From contig CAZPJY010000010.1 of NCBI GenBank assembly GCA_964587045.1, forward strand, positions 1 through 47,609: a DNA stretch of 47,609 nucleotides. The letters run 5' to 3'. The notes below the pieces were generated by a model. That model made no database searches and was not told the origin of the DNA. It worked only from the letters and a program-made list of their open reading frames with translations. Positions 1 to 8,892 of the stretch are shown here, one piece after another. Made by a program: the position numbers and the translations under genes. Position 1 is the stretch's first letter. Each line of letters opens with the position of its first letter. Origin of the DNA: an uncultured Methanosarcinales archaeon. GTDB lineage: Archaea; Nanobdellota; Nanobdellia; Woesearchaeales; CAZPJY01.

Positions 1-3000
1 TGTCCACCGACCATGTGGTTGCTGATGATGCGTGCGCTGTTTCCGCCTCCTCCTCCTCCTCCCTCGCTGTGTGTGTCGCCGGCCTGTATCAGGAGGGAGT
101 CGTTGAGCCCTCCGTTCTCGAGTATCTGCACATACGTGTCGTTTTCGATTGCTGAGGCCCAGCCTGTTCCTGTGGTGGTGCCGAAGAGATCAGATGCCGG
201 AGGTGCGACTGGGTAGGGGTCTCCGCCGTCATCTATGTACACGAGGATGGAAGTGTTTGCGAGGACCTTAATGGCAACGGGTGTCGATGAGACTCCTCCT
301 ATGTTGTTGGTGACGGCTGTTCCCGCTGCTATCTCGTTGCTTTCTAAGTATGTGAAAGTCCCATCGCCGTTACCGCCGCGGTAGATATCTATCTTGGCTG
401 CTTCGTATGGGGCATAGAAGCTGAGGTCAGGAGTGTTAGAGCGCCCGTCCGGGAATACCCATGTGTCGGTTGCGAAGGCTATGGGTACTATGGCGTCGGT
501 GTCACCGTCATTTCCTGAAGCGAAGAACGGGGCTGTTCCTGAGAGGTTGGAGTTTTGGGTGGTATCTGCCTGGGCGAACTGCGCGACGTCTGAGGTGTTG
601 AGCAGGAGGCTGTCCGTTCCGAGATCCAAAAGGATGTAATTCCCGTCCGCTGCGCTTATTATGTCTAAGTCATCGCTTGCGAGGTTGTCCTGGACGACGA
701 AAAATAACGTCTCGGGCTGGGAGTAGTTGAATACCTCCATGCGGTCGCTCTTCTTGACTGTCTCGGCGGCGTAGCCGTAATAAAGGTAGACTGTGCTCGT
801 GCTGTTGGCTAGTATCAGAGGTACCTGGGCCCAGATCCAGGTTTCTTGTCCGCCGCATCCAAATACGCTGCTGCGTTCCAGATAGAACGGGATTTCCTGG
901 TTGCTTGAGTTGACCACCCGTATGTCTGCGCAGTCCGAGCGCATCTTGCCAGAAGATATTAGCTCTGCGCTGTTTATTGTGAAGTTGATTTGGTATTCTG
1001 TGAGGTCCTGGTTGGTGTTCTCAACGATTCCAACCTCACGCCGATAGTTGTATGAGTAGTTCCACCATTCGAGGTCAGTCAGGTTCAGTACCTGCTCGGG
1101 GGCATATGCGTCCTGTTCGGTGCGCAGAATCATCGTGGCATTGACCTGCACCGCAAATGATGTGGTGTTGGTCGAAGTGAAGCCTCCAGTGTCGTTTGCG
1201 TAGATTTTGACGCCGTAGGTTACGGCCCCCCATGTGTCTGAGAAGTTGGCTTCAAAGACGCTTCCGGAAACGTTTTGCATGGTGATGTTGGTCTTCGCTC
1301 CGCTTACAGGATAGGTTATCTCGGCTATTACCATGCTGACATTGCTGACCGCGTCTGTCACGTTGGCCCTCAGCGTGACTGTTGAGTTGTGGCCTATCAC
1401 TGGAGGGATTACTGAAAGCTCCCTGACCAATGGCGGGTCGATGTCGACTGTGAAACCGCGGTAGGTTGTCGAGTTTGCGAACTTGGCGTCGCTTGCGTCC
1501 TCGCATGTCACGTTCCACCTGCGGTAGCCTGAGGTGAAGTTCCTGGTGAAGCTCTGGGTGATGTTTTGGACGACTGCGTAGTTGGGCGGGTTGCTGACGG
1601 TCCCATTGATGAATAGGCGGCAGCGGAAGATTCCTGAGCCGATGTCGGTCGTGTTGTAGTAGAAACTTACCGTGTCCGTGTTGAATAGCTGTCCGTCACC
1701 GGGCCCCTCAGCGTACACCAGAGGAGGTGTTGCGTCCAGGTATATGGTGTCGTTTGTGAGGGCCGACTCGTTGAACACGTTGTAAGCTTGGAAGAAAACA
1801 ATCTTTTGACCATCACCGGGCTGACACCCAAGTGTTGCGTTGGTCAGGTTGAAATTGAGGTACCAATTGGTTGCAGAAAGGTTGGTCCAGGCAGTCCAAG
1901 CGGTCGCGTTTGAGGTGTCGTTTTGGCATGAGAACCTGGTGTACCTTACATAGCTCCCGCCATGGTACAGGTTTGCCGCTTGGGTGGTGACTGAGACGTC
2001 GCCTCCTTCGATCTGCAACCAGGGCGCTGGCACTGGCACATCAACCCCGAAGTATCTGGTCTCGAAATCGATGATTCCTGAATTGTTGATGTACACGATG
2101 ACGTTATGAGGACCCTCTGCGAGGGGTCCAAGAGTTATCGCGAAACCTGAGACGTTGTCGTACTGGGAGCTGTTGCTTCCGAAGTCGATGCTGTACCACG
2201 TGTCGAAGCTGCCGTTGAGCGTCACGTTCAGCTTCGGGGACTCTGTGGTCTGGGTGGCGTTGGTAGGTGTCAATATTGTGATAAGGCCTGTTCCGATGTA
2301 GAACTTGACATTTTGGCTAGTGCCGAGGTTGCCGACCGTGTCGTTGCAGTAGTATGTTACGTTGTGGTAGCTGTAGACCGCAAGGTCGCTTCTGTTGTAA
2401 TAGAACGCGCTGTCGTTGATGGCGTTCATCGTGAAGTTCCATGTCTTGTCAACTTCAGCAAGGCACGTGTGTCCTGACTTGTCAAGCGTGACGTTAAACC
2501 ATATCTCTCCTGCGGTGTAGGACTTAGACTCGGGTGACAACACCTGGATGGAGGGGGGTTGGGTGATGTCTTGGACAATTATGTCATCGAAGTCCGCGAT
2601 GCCATCCCTGACATAGAACCCCACACTTCCGTTGGTGTCCCAGCCCAAGTCATCATACCCGTACATCATGGTCCAGTTGTTGGGTTCGGTGTCGGACGAG
2701 TTCCAGACCATAGCATATACTGTGACATTGGTTGAGTAGCTGCGCACCCTTATCTTGAAGCTTACCCATGTGTTGTTGGCAGGGACGAAGCCACTCCTCC
2801 TCTGTGAGGGGAGGTTGTCGAAGTCAAGGGAGCTGGATGAATCCACCTGGAATCCGTTTGTTATTCCGTTGAACCACCTGAGCCTGTAAAAATTCGCTCC
2901 TGGGCCGTCGGAATAGAATATTACTCCGAGGCCTGCTGAGCTGCTGTAGTTACCCCTCATGCGGAACTGGCCTTGGTACATGTAATCAAGCCAGCTGGTG

Positions 3001-6000
3001 GCGTTGGTTGTGTTGTACCAGGAGTAAGTCTCGTTTAGGCCTGCTGTGTCACCAGTGTACCAAACTCCTGTGCCGTTGTCGAGCGTTTCATAGTTGTCGT
3101 ATTCGGTTGGTTCTATCTGCATGTTGTGGTAGTCCTTCCAGTTGGGGGGGTCGGTGTTGTTTGCGTACGATTCGAAGTCCTCATAAAGGTAATAGCCGTA
3201 GTTGTATGCGTATGCTTCCTGGCTTCCGAAGCTGAAACTCAGCACGTGGCGGCCGAGAGTGATGATTTGGTCATCCAGCTTAGAGGGGTTCTCGCAGGTC
3301 CAGTTGAAGTACTTAATCGACTCGACCTCGAGGCTCTCCCCCGATATAGAATTGTAGGGGACTTCTGTCCCGTTGGAGAGCAAGAGATACACTTGGTCCG
3401 TCCTCGCCTCATCTCCGCAGTAAAGCGCCAGATAGACAAGGTCGTCGAAGGTGAGGGGTAGATCGTTCTCCATCTCAGCGAATGTGGTGCCCTGCGTTGG
3501 CGTGATAGTAAGTAGGTCTGTTCCTGTCGTGTTGAACCCCACGGTCCAGTTCCCGAAGAGCGATGGGGTGGACTTGACGTTAAGTATGGTAATTGAGACC
3601 TCATATGACTGGTTAGAGAGGTGTGGCACGATCCATTCTATCCTGTCTACCAGCCCGTTGCTGTTGGTGTCTAGCAGCTGGAAGTCCTTCACGGGTTGTC
3701 TTGTGCCGTTTTGCAGCCAGTAAAGCGAAACAGCATCATACGGGCTTTCCTCTATTTGGGTGAAGGCGCGGATGTTTTCGTAGTGGGTCTCGCTTGTCAC
3801 GGTGATGACTTTTCTGAATCTGCTTATCTCCTCTTCCTCCTTCTCAGGAGGTTCGGTTTCATATACCACCCAAAGCAGCTGGTCCTGGCTCAGAGCTGCT
3901 TTGATGTCAGTATCGATTGTTATGGTTGGAGATTCCTGCCTTAGTCCTGCCAAGGAAGCTATCTTGACCGCTTTCCTCTGCGCCAATCCTTCCTTCCTGG
4001 ATTCGACCCACTCCTTGGATCTTTGTCTGAAGGCCTCAAGGGAAGCGGGTTGGCCTCCCACGCGGAGCTTGACCAGGCTGTCGGGGAGCCTTTTGCCTGA
4101 GGAGTCCAGCAATGTCAAGTTTATGGTGCCATTTGGAAGGCGCAATGAGCTGGTGCTGTTAGCCTCGATGACTCTCACCCACCTAACAGGCTTGCCTATT
4201 TCAGCTTCGCCCTGCTCTGCGGCGTCTTCGGGTTTGGTGACTGGCTCTGTTTCGTTGTCCGCAGATTCTTGGGTTTGCGCCTCTATGCTTGACTCTAGGT
4301 ATTCCAGGAGGGTCTGCTTTGTAGGGTACCCTGCGACCTGCGAGACCCTCACCAGCTTGATCGCGTCGGCGACCACCAACCCTTTCGTCTTCTCGTTGCT
4401 TATCTGGAAAGTGCTCGAGCCGTTAAAGGAGTACAGGCCCAGATACTTCCATGAGGCGCCTCCCTCCTGCAGGTTAATCTCCACCTGCTCTTGCCCATCG
4501 ACATTGCTGATTGTCGCAGGAACCGAGCTTGCGAATCCAGAATCCGACGGGTGCCAGATGTAAAGCTCGTAGCTGTCCTCCTCAAGGCTGGGGGTGTACG
4601 TCACTGATTTGGCCCCCTTGCCGATGCCGAAATCATGCAGGTAATCATATCCATAGTAGCCTGGGATGAGATAATCATCGATCCACTGTCCTGATGTGGT
4701 GACCCGACTGTCCCCATTGTCTATAATATAATCTTGGGGCCAGATGATCTTCTGCGCAATTGGCAGGACGACCACGCCCGCATCTTCTGAAGCTGATTCT
4801 CCATAATATACATACAGCGATGTCTGGTCGTTGGGAAGGATGCCCTCGAGTCCGAAGAGTATGTAGCCCTGCCCTTCATTCAGCCTGCTTGAATCTACCT
4901 TGGGCTCGAAGGAGTTGAACCTCGTCCCGTCATAGAGACTGAACATTGGCCTCAGGGATGAGATATCAGTGCTGCCCAGGTTGACAGGCACCTTGACCGT
5001 GTAGATTTCACGGTTTAGATGGCGCACATCCTTCACCTGGATTATGAGCCTCCTGTTGAGGCTCTCGTCCTCCCAGACACTTGAGAAGGTCGCCTTCCTC
5101 TCATTGTTCAGCGGATTTGTATCCTTGAATGGCTGCCCCTGCTCGTCTTCGAGCCTGCCTGCCACGAACACCTTATCTGTCAGACTGAGTTCTGGCAAGG
5201 CAGGACTGACACTGATCTCGGCATCCTTCGGGACCTCTACTGGCATCCTGTCGGATCCTTTGAATAGGCTGCCTTCTGACTCAATAGCGTAGGATACGGT
5301 GAGCCAGACCTTCTTGGCGACCAGGTCGTTGTTCCTTATGACGAAGCTTGCCGTGCCGTTCTCCAGCACCACCTCGGTCAGGTCGAGATCATCATAGTTG
5401 GTCGGGATGGCCTCTTCGACGCTCTCAACAACGGTAGTTGTGTCCTTGACTTCAGAGCTCAGGTTGGCATTGTTGGAGCGGGCGGTTATGGTAGTGACAT
5501 CAGACGTGCCGGGCTCCGCGTCTGGCGGGATGTAGACCTGCGCTGTTATCCTCATCTCCTGGGCAGGGAGGAGGATGCCTGTGTCCAGCCTGCCGTCGTT
5601 GTTGTTGTCAAGGAGCTTCTGGCCGCTCTGGTCGACGAGCAGTACGGTAGAGAGGTTGGATTTTATCTCAAGCTCTATTATATCTGTCCTGTTGAGGTCG
5701 TTGTTGCTCACAATGTGTTCATACTCGACCATGTAATTCGGCGAACCCGTCCCGTTCCTGCTGGGACTGATCGTGATGGATGGTGTGGTCGCGTACTTCT
5801 TGAAGGTTGTGGCAAGCCTGTCACCCTCTGCGGTCCTTGCGATGACATAGAACCTTCCGACACCGGTTATGCTAGTTAGGTTTATTTCGCCGTCACTGTT
5901 TAGCCTGGTTGCGCCCTCTTGGTCATACACTGTGAAGTTGAGGCCTTTTGTCGGCAAGCTAAGGTTCACTCCAACGACCAAGACCCCCTTGTCCGGAGCC

Positions 6001-7817
6001 CTGCCCAGCTCATCCAGTCCGGTCAGTGTGATGGCCGTTATCTGCTCTTGCGGGTAGGTTCCGTAGTTAATCCTCGATTGGGGGAGCAGCGAGAACGCCG
6101 TGCCGTTTTGGGACATTATCGTGATGTTAAGGTCGCCTCCAGGTATGTCGAAAGTCATGAGTTCTGAGGCATTGCCTGACATCGTGAACTGCCTTTCAAG
6201 CGTTTGGGTCCCGCTTTCTATGGTCAGTATTGCCGGGACGTCGCCGCTGGCGCGGTAGATCAGGTCCACTGTGAGGTTGGTCCCTGCCGCTCCGCTGATT
6301 GAGATTCCGACCATGTCGGTGTCGTTCGCCTGCAAGTATGAGGTTTTACCTACCTGTTTGAGTAGCCCGATTAGTAAATCCTGATACAGTCTGTCATAGA
6401 AGTTGAACTCGTAATTGTCATCTGTCCAGCCTGTTGCCTGTCTGCTCCCTGACAGGATGTACCTGAGTTTCTGTCCGGCTGCGTGAGGTATTGAAACCTT
6501 GTATAGTCCAGCGGAGTTTTTCGAAGGTGACAGCACAATTTCATCTTGCCATTCCCTGAGGGAGTACTGCATCTCCTTGAAGCCAGGGGCAAGCGTCGCA
6601 TTGATGTCTATCACGCGCTGCTCGAACGCGGCCGGCACGCCTCGCATGTTTTGGGTCAGGTTGAATACCTCAGCCCCGTTTTCCTTCTTCCCCCGCGTGA
6701 GGAGGTGTCCCACCCTCAGGTAGCTGTCTGCCTGTTCGAACTCGGGGCTTTCGGGCACTATAACAGACACGCTAGGAGTGTTTGGCAGGATTACTTCTGA
6801 AACCTTCCAAAGCTCGCCATAGTAAGGATCGTACGCTAACGTCGAGTTGTCGGTGATGACTACATCCTGTCGCTTCGCTGCGGTCAGGGTTATGTAGGCC
6901 TCAGCGTAGGACCCGTCCGCGGTCAGGTACGCCCTCCCGCTGTATTCACCTGGCTCACTGACTGACAGGTTGGCATAATAATATAGTGTGGTGTAGGTGC
7001 CGGATGGCGGAAGCACTAGGGTGTCAAATGATCCGGATGGCGTCTCGATCTCGAGGTACGCAGGAGGCATGCTGGACAGAGGGGTCTTAGACACGGCTGT
7101 CAGGTTGATGGCAGCAAGATCTCCCAGGTACGCGTCAGGTGGGGACTGTATGCTCAGGTTGAGGGTGCCTGTCTGGTTGCCTTTTATGTAGAACTGTTTC
7201 TTGCTCGTATAGCCCAATCCCTTGTACTCCAAATCAGAGACCAGGAAATATCCTGACGTGTCGTATATCTGGTCGGTCACGCACTCGAACTGGCAGGGGG
7301 ACTTGCATTCTAAGTCGCACAGCGGGATCCTCTGCTTGCCGTCCAGGGTCTCGATGCTGAGGTTCAGCCAGGCTTGGTCGATGTTTAGTTCTATTCCCCC
7401 TGCGATCCTGACATAGTCACCCATCATGAAGGAGGATGGTATGGTCACTTCGGTCTCTATTACCGGAGCCTTAGCGGTGAACGATTTGGTCGCTGTCAGC
7501 TCGTCCGTGCCCATCTCAGTTACGGCTTTTACTAGGTACAAACCCTTTGATGGCGGATAATAGGTTGCTGTGTACACACCTGTGAAGGTGTTCTCAAGCG
7601 GGACCTGCTGGGTCGAGTTGTCCGGCAGGCTGATCTCCAGGTATGTCGGTACGGATAGTATTATCACATCGCCGACATATGAGCTCACGTTGATTTCTAT
7701 CGGGCTGAGTATCTCAACCGCTTGGCTGGATAGGTTCAGTCTCACATTTAGGGTTTCTTCTGAGCTTATAGCAGGCAAGAGCAGGAGGATCATGAGGGTA
7801 AGGATTGCGGCCCTCAT
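1..7817 (-). CDS. Giant secreted multidomain surface protein (>2,605 aa, 3' end beyond the window): Ig-like, Golvesin/Xly-CBD-like, lectin-like and DUF2341-like domains
   Basis: Manual translation from ATG at 7817 (preceded by AGGGGTG) gives signal peptide MRAAILTLMILLLLPAISS and stays open to position 1. Motifs: YIDNGDS..PGYYGYDYLHD..VVADAIKLV (about 4350-4730); DTNSNGLVDRIEWIVPHLSNQ (about 3610-3670); EDFESY..ADFDDIIV (about 2575-3190); WWNYSYNYRRE..GKMRSDCADIRVV..VYLYYG (about 770-1070). Many N-x-S/T sequons. Confidence 0.9.
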   Translation of the reverse strand, partial: MRAAILTLMILLLLPAISSEETLNVRLNLSSQAVEILSPIEINVSSYVGDVIILSVPTYLEISLPDNSTQQVPLENTFTGVYTATYYPPSKGLYLVKAVTEMGTDELTATKSFTAKAPVIETEVTIPSSFMMGDYVRIAGGIELNIDQAWLNLSIETLDGKQRIPLCDLECKSPCQFECVTDQIYDTSGYFLVSDLEYKGLGYTSKKQFYIKGNQTGTLNLSIQSPPDAYLGDLAAINLTAVSKTPLSSMPPAYLEIETPSGSFDTLVLPPSGTYTTLYYYANLSVSEPGEYSGRAYLTADGSYAEAYITLTAAKRQDVVITDNSTLAYDPYYGELWKVSEVILPNTPSVSVIVPESPEFEQADSYLRVGHLLTRGKKENGAEVFNLTQNMRGVPAAFEQRVIDINATLAPGFKEMQYSLREWQDEIVLSPSKNSAGLYKVSIPHAAGQKLRYILSGSRQATGWTDDNYEFNFYDRLYQDLLIGLLKQVGKTSYLQANDTDMVGISISGAAGTNLTVDLIYRASGDVPAILTIESGTQTLERQFTMSGNASELMTFDIPGGDLNITIMSQNGTAFSLLPQSRINYGTYPQEQITAITLTGLDELGRAPDKGVLVVGVNLSLPTKGLNFTVYDQEGATRLNSDGEINLTSITGVGRFYVIARTAEGDRLATTFKKYATTPSITISPSRNGTGSPNYMVEYEHIVSNNDLNRTDIIELEIKSNLSTVLLVDQSGQKLLDNNNDGRLDTGILLPAQEMRITAQVYIPPDAEPGTSDVTTITARSNNANLSSEVKDTTTVVESVEEAIPTNYDDLDLTEVVLENGTASFVIRNNDLVAKKVWLTVSYAIESEGSLFKGSDRMPVEVPKDAEISVSPALPELSLTDKVFVAGRLEDEQGQPFKDTNPLNNERKATFSSVWEDESLNRRLIIQVKDVRHLNREIYTVKVPVNLGSTDISSLRPMFSLYDGTRFNSFEPKVDSSRLNEGQGYILFGLEGILPNDQTSLYVYYGESASEDAGVVVLPIAQKIIWPQDYIIDNGDSRVTTSGQWIDDYLIPGYYGYDYLHDFGIGKGAKSVTYTPSLEEDSYELYIWHPSDSGFASSVPATISNVDGQEQVEINLQEGGASWKYLGLYSFNGSSTFQISNEKTKGLVVADAIKLVRVSQVAGYPTKQTLLEYLESSIEAQTQESADNETEPVTKPEDAAEQGEAEIGKPVRWVRVIEANSTSSLRLPNGTINLTLLDSSGKRLPDSLVKLRVGGQPASLEAFRQRSKEWVESRKEGLAQRKAVKIASLAGLRQESPTITIDTDIKAALSQDQLLWVVYETEPPEKEEEEISRFRKVITVTSETHYENIRAFTQIEESPYDAVSLYWLQNGTRQPVKDFQLLDTNSNGLVDRIEWIVPHLSNQSYEVSITILNVKSTPSLFGNWTVGFNTTGTDLLTITPTQGTTFAEMENDLPLTFDDLVYLALYCGDEARTDQVYLLLSNGTEVPYNSISGESLEVESIKYFNWTCENPSKLDDQIITLGRHVLSFSFGSQEAYAYNYGYYLYEDFESYANNTDPPNWKDYHNMQIEPTEYDNYETLDNGTGVWYTGDTAGLNETYSWYNTTNATSWLDYMYQGQFRMRGNYSSSAGLGVIFYSDGPGANFYRLRWFNGITNGFQVDSSSSLDFDNLPSQRRSGFVPANNTWVSFKIRVRSYSTNVTVYAMVWNSSDTEPNNWTMMYGYDDLGWDTNGSVGFYVRDGIADFDDIIVQDITQPPSIQVLSPESKSYTAGEIWFNVTLDKSGHTCLAEVDKTWNFTMNAINDSAFYYNRSDLAVYSYHNVTYYCNDTVGNLGTSQNVKFYIGTGLITILTPTNATQTTESPKLNVTLNGSFDTWYSIDFGSNSSQYDNVSGFAITLGPLAEGPHNVIVYINNSGIIDFETRYFGVDVPVPAPWLQIEGGDVSVTTQAANLYHGGSYVRYTRFSCQNDTSNATAWTAWTNLSATNWYLNFNLTNATLGCQPGDGQKIVFFQAYNVFNESALTNDTIYLDATPPLVYAEGPGDGQLFNTDTVSFYYNTTDIGSGIFRCRLFINGTVSNPPNYAVVQNITQSFTRNFTSGYRRWNVTCEDASDAKFANSTTYRGFTVDIDPPLVRELSVIPPVIGHNSTVTLRANVTDAVSNVSMVIAEITYPVSGAKTNITMQNVSGSVFEANFSDTWGAVTYGVKIYANDTGGFTSTNTTSFAVQVNATMILRTEQDAYAPEQVLNLTDLEWWNYSYNYRREVGIVENTNQDLTEYQINFTINSAELISSGKMRSDCADIRVVNSSNQEIPFYLERSSVFGCGGQETWIWAQVPLILANSTSTVYLYYGYAAETVKKSDRMEVFNYSQPETLFFVVQDNLASDDLDIISAADGNYILLDLGTDSLLLNTSDVAQFAQADTTQNSNLSGTAPFFASGNDGDTDAIVPIAFATDTWVFPDGRSNTPDLSFYAPYEAAKIDIYRGGNGDGTFTYLESNEIAAGTAVTNNIGGVSSTPVAIKVLANTSILVYIDDGGDPYPVAPPASDLFGTTTGTGWASAIENDTYVQILENGGLNDSLLIQAGDTHSEGGGGGGGNSARIISNHMVGG

Positions 7818-7855
7818 CACCCCTTTTTCTCCATCCTTTCCGAACTGAGATCCTA

Positions 7856-8452
7856 TCATGTGTCTCCTAAAAAGCGTCTGTAGATCTTTTTCTCCTCCTG
7901 TGTCTCCAATGATGATATTACCTGTATCAGGCGAGTGTGCTTGAGTCCTACCTGTGCTTCGATTGCGGAGATGGGCACTCCTTTTTGGTAGGCGTGAATT
8001 ATGTGGGTGTATCTGAAGGTTTGGGGGAAGGCCTTATACTCCAGGTGGATTTTGGACAGGTAGATCATGACCAGCTGCCGGATCCTTTTGGTGGTCATCT
8101 GGGCTGACTGTCTCGTGTCGAAGATGTAGGAGGTCGGCTTTTTGTCCTTGCAGAACCGTTCTATTCTCTTGGCGAGGCTCTTGGAGATGTAGCAGTGCCT
8201 TTCTTCCCTGTACTTGTTGCCTTCTGACCTTATGTGTGCTGTGGCCTCTTTTGGGTCCAGGTCGCTAACCTTGACGTTGACAAGCTCGTTGACAGTGCAT
8301 CCGCTTTCGTAGAGGAAATCGAGAATGAGACGGTCGCGTTCGGGTGCGGACAGGCTGTCTATGGCCTTCTTTTCTGCTGTGGTAAAGTAAGGGAGGGGTG
8401 CTCCGCTAGGCTTGACTTTGCTCTTGCCCTTCCCTTTCTCCCTCGGCATCAC
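7856..8452 (-). CDS. Tyrosine recombinase (Xer/integrase) catalytic-domain-only protein with degenerate active site
   Basis: Box I RDRLILDFLYESGCTVNELVNVKVSDLD, hairpin GNKYREERHCYI, box II PQTFRYTH..GVPISAIEAQVGLKHTRLIQVI. Start is GTG 8452 or ATG 8449. Confidence 0.85.
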   Translation of the reverse strand: MMPREKGKGKSKVKPSGAPLPYFTTAEKKAIDSLSAPERDRLILDFLYESGCTVNELVNVKVSDLDPKEATAHIRSEGNKYREERHCYISKSLAKRIERFCKDKKPTSYIFDTRQSAQMTTKRIRQLVMIYLSKIHLEYKAFPQTFRYTHIIHAYQKGVPISAIEAQVGLKHTRLIQVISSLETQEEKKIYRRFLGDT

Positions 8453-8478
8453 TATCTCTCGTCAGCATCGGGCAAGCA

Positions 8479-8506
8479 GTTTCCCTTTTCTGAATTAAAG
8501 GGAATC
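8479..8506. promoter_or_regulatory. 28-bp dyad site 1 (11-6-11): GTTTCCCTTTT-CTGAAT-TAAAGGGAATC
   Basis: Imperfect inverted arms around a 6-bp spacer, read directly; lies 27-54 bp upstream of the recombinase-like gene start. Confidence 0.7.
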
Positions 8507-8598
8507 TTAATGTCAGCCATTTTTAGATGGTCGACTTTGCCTTCCACTACATCTCTCGGCTATAAATCGGGAATCAATATTTCATATACTGAAATACA

Positions 8599-8626
8599 GT
8601 TTCCCTTTTATGAACCATTAGGAAAC
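8599..8626. promoter_or_regulatory. 28-bp dyad site 2 (11-6-11): GTTTCCCTTTT-ATGAAC-CATTAGGAAAC
   Basis: Same left arm as site 1, exactly 120 bp downstream of it. Confidence 0.7.
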
Positions 8627-8711
8627 ATGGTTTTTTGGAGCTCCCACACATCCCATGAAGACAAAACCGGCCTGATGACGCGAAGATCCAGCCATTTGCC
8701 CTGAGGACCAT

Positions 8712-8739
8712 GTTTCTAATTTCTGTAAAAAAGGGAAAC
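8712..8739. promoter_or_regulatory. 28-bp dyad site 3 (11-6-11), inverted: GTTTCTAATTT-CTGTAA-AAAAGGGAAAC
   Basis: Right arm is the exact reverse complement of GTTTCCCTTTT. Inner 10-mers GAAACATGGT (8622-8631) and ACCATGTTTC (8707-8716) are perfect inverted repeats. Confidence 0.7.
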
Positions 8740-8848
8740 TGCTATATATACTTTTTGGTGATAACCAAAGGGCGTTGCAATTGAGGGCAGGATTTAAGTC
8801 CTACTCTTGGGTGGGCACATACTCTCCTCGGAAATGGAAAATGATAAT

Positions 8849-8864
8849 CGAAAGGTTTATATAC
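8849..8864 (+). promoter_or_regulatory. Archaeal BRE-TATA promoter of the first archaellin
   Basis: CGAAAGGTTTATATAC about 30-45 bp upstream of ATG 8893; similar elements near 11976, 16592, 18727 and 19895. Confidence 0.65.
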
Positions 8865-8892
8865 TTTATAGCTGAATATTAGCATCAAGAAA

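Noticed and set aside
13..7848. Many short ORFs listed in the track over 1-7848
   Set aside because: They are shadows or alternative frames of the single giant minus-strand gene.
7856..8452. Integrase of a provirus or integrative element
   Set aside because: No flanking att duplication, adjacent tRNA or viral/plasmid genes seen, and the active site is degenerate.
8234..8704. 156-aa plus-strand ORF
   Set aside because: Antisense to the recombinase-like gene and runs through the dyad sites; no recognisable protein features.
8599..8739. FimS-like invertible promoter switch between sites 2 and 3
   Set aside because: Spacers do not match in inverted orientation (ATGAAC vs TTACAG), no clear TATA lies inside, and the adjacent enzyme looks inactive; only read mapping could revive this.
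8460..8860. Replication origin (ORB repeats)
   Set aside because: Repeats lack the ORB TCCA..GGAAAC plus G-string pattern and there is no adjacent orc1/cdc6.
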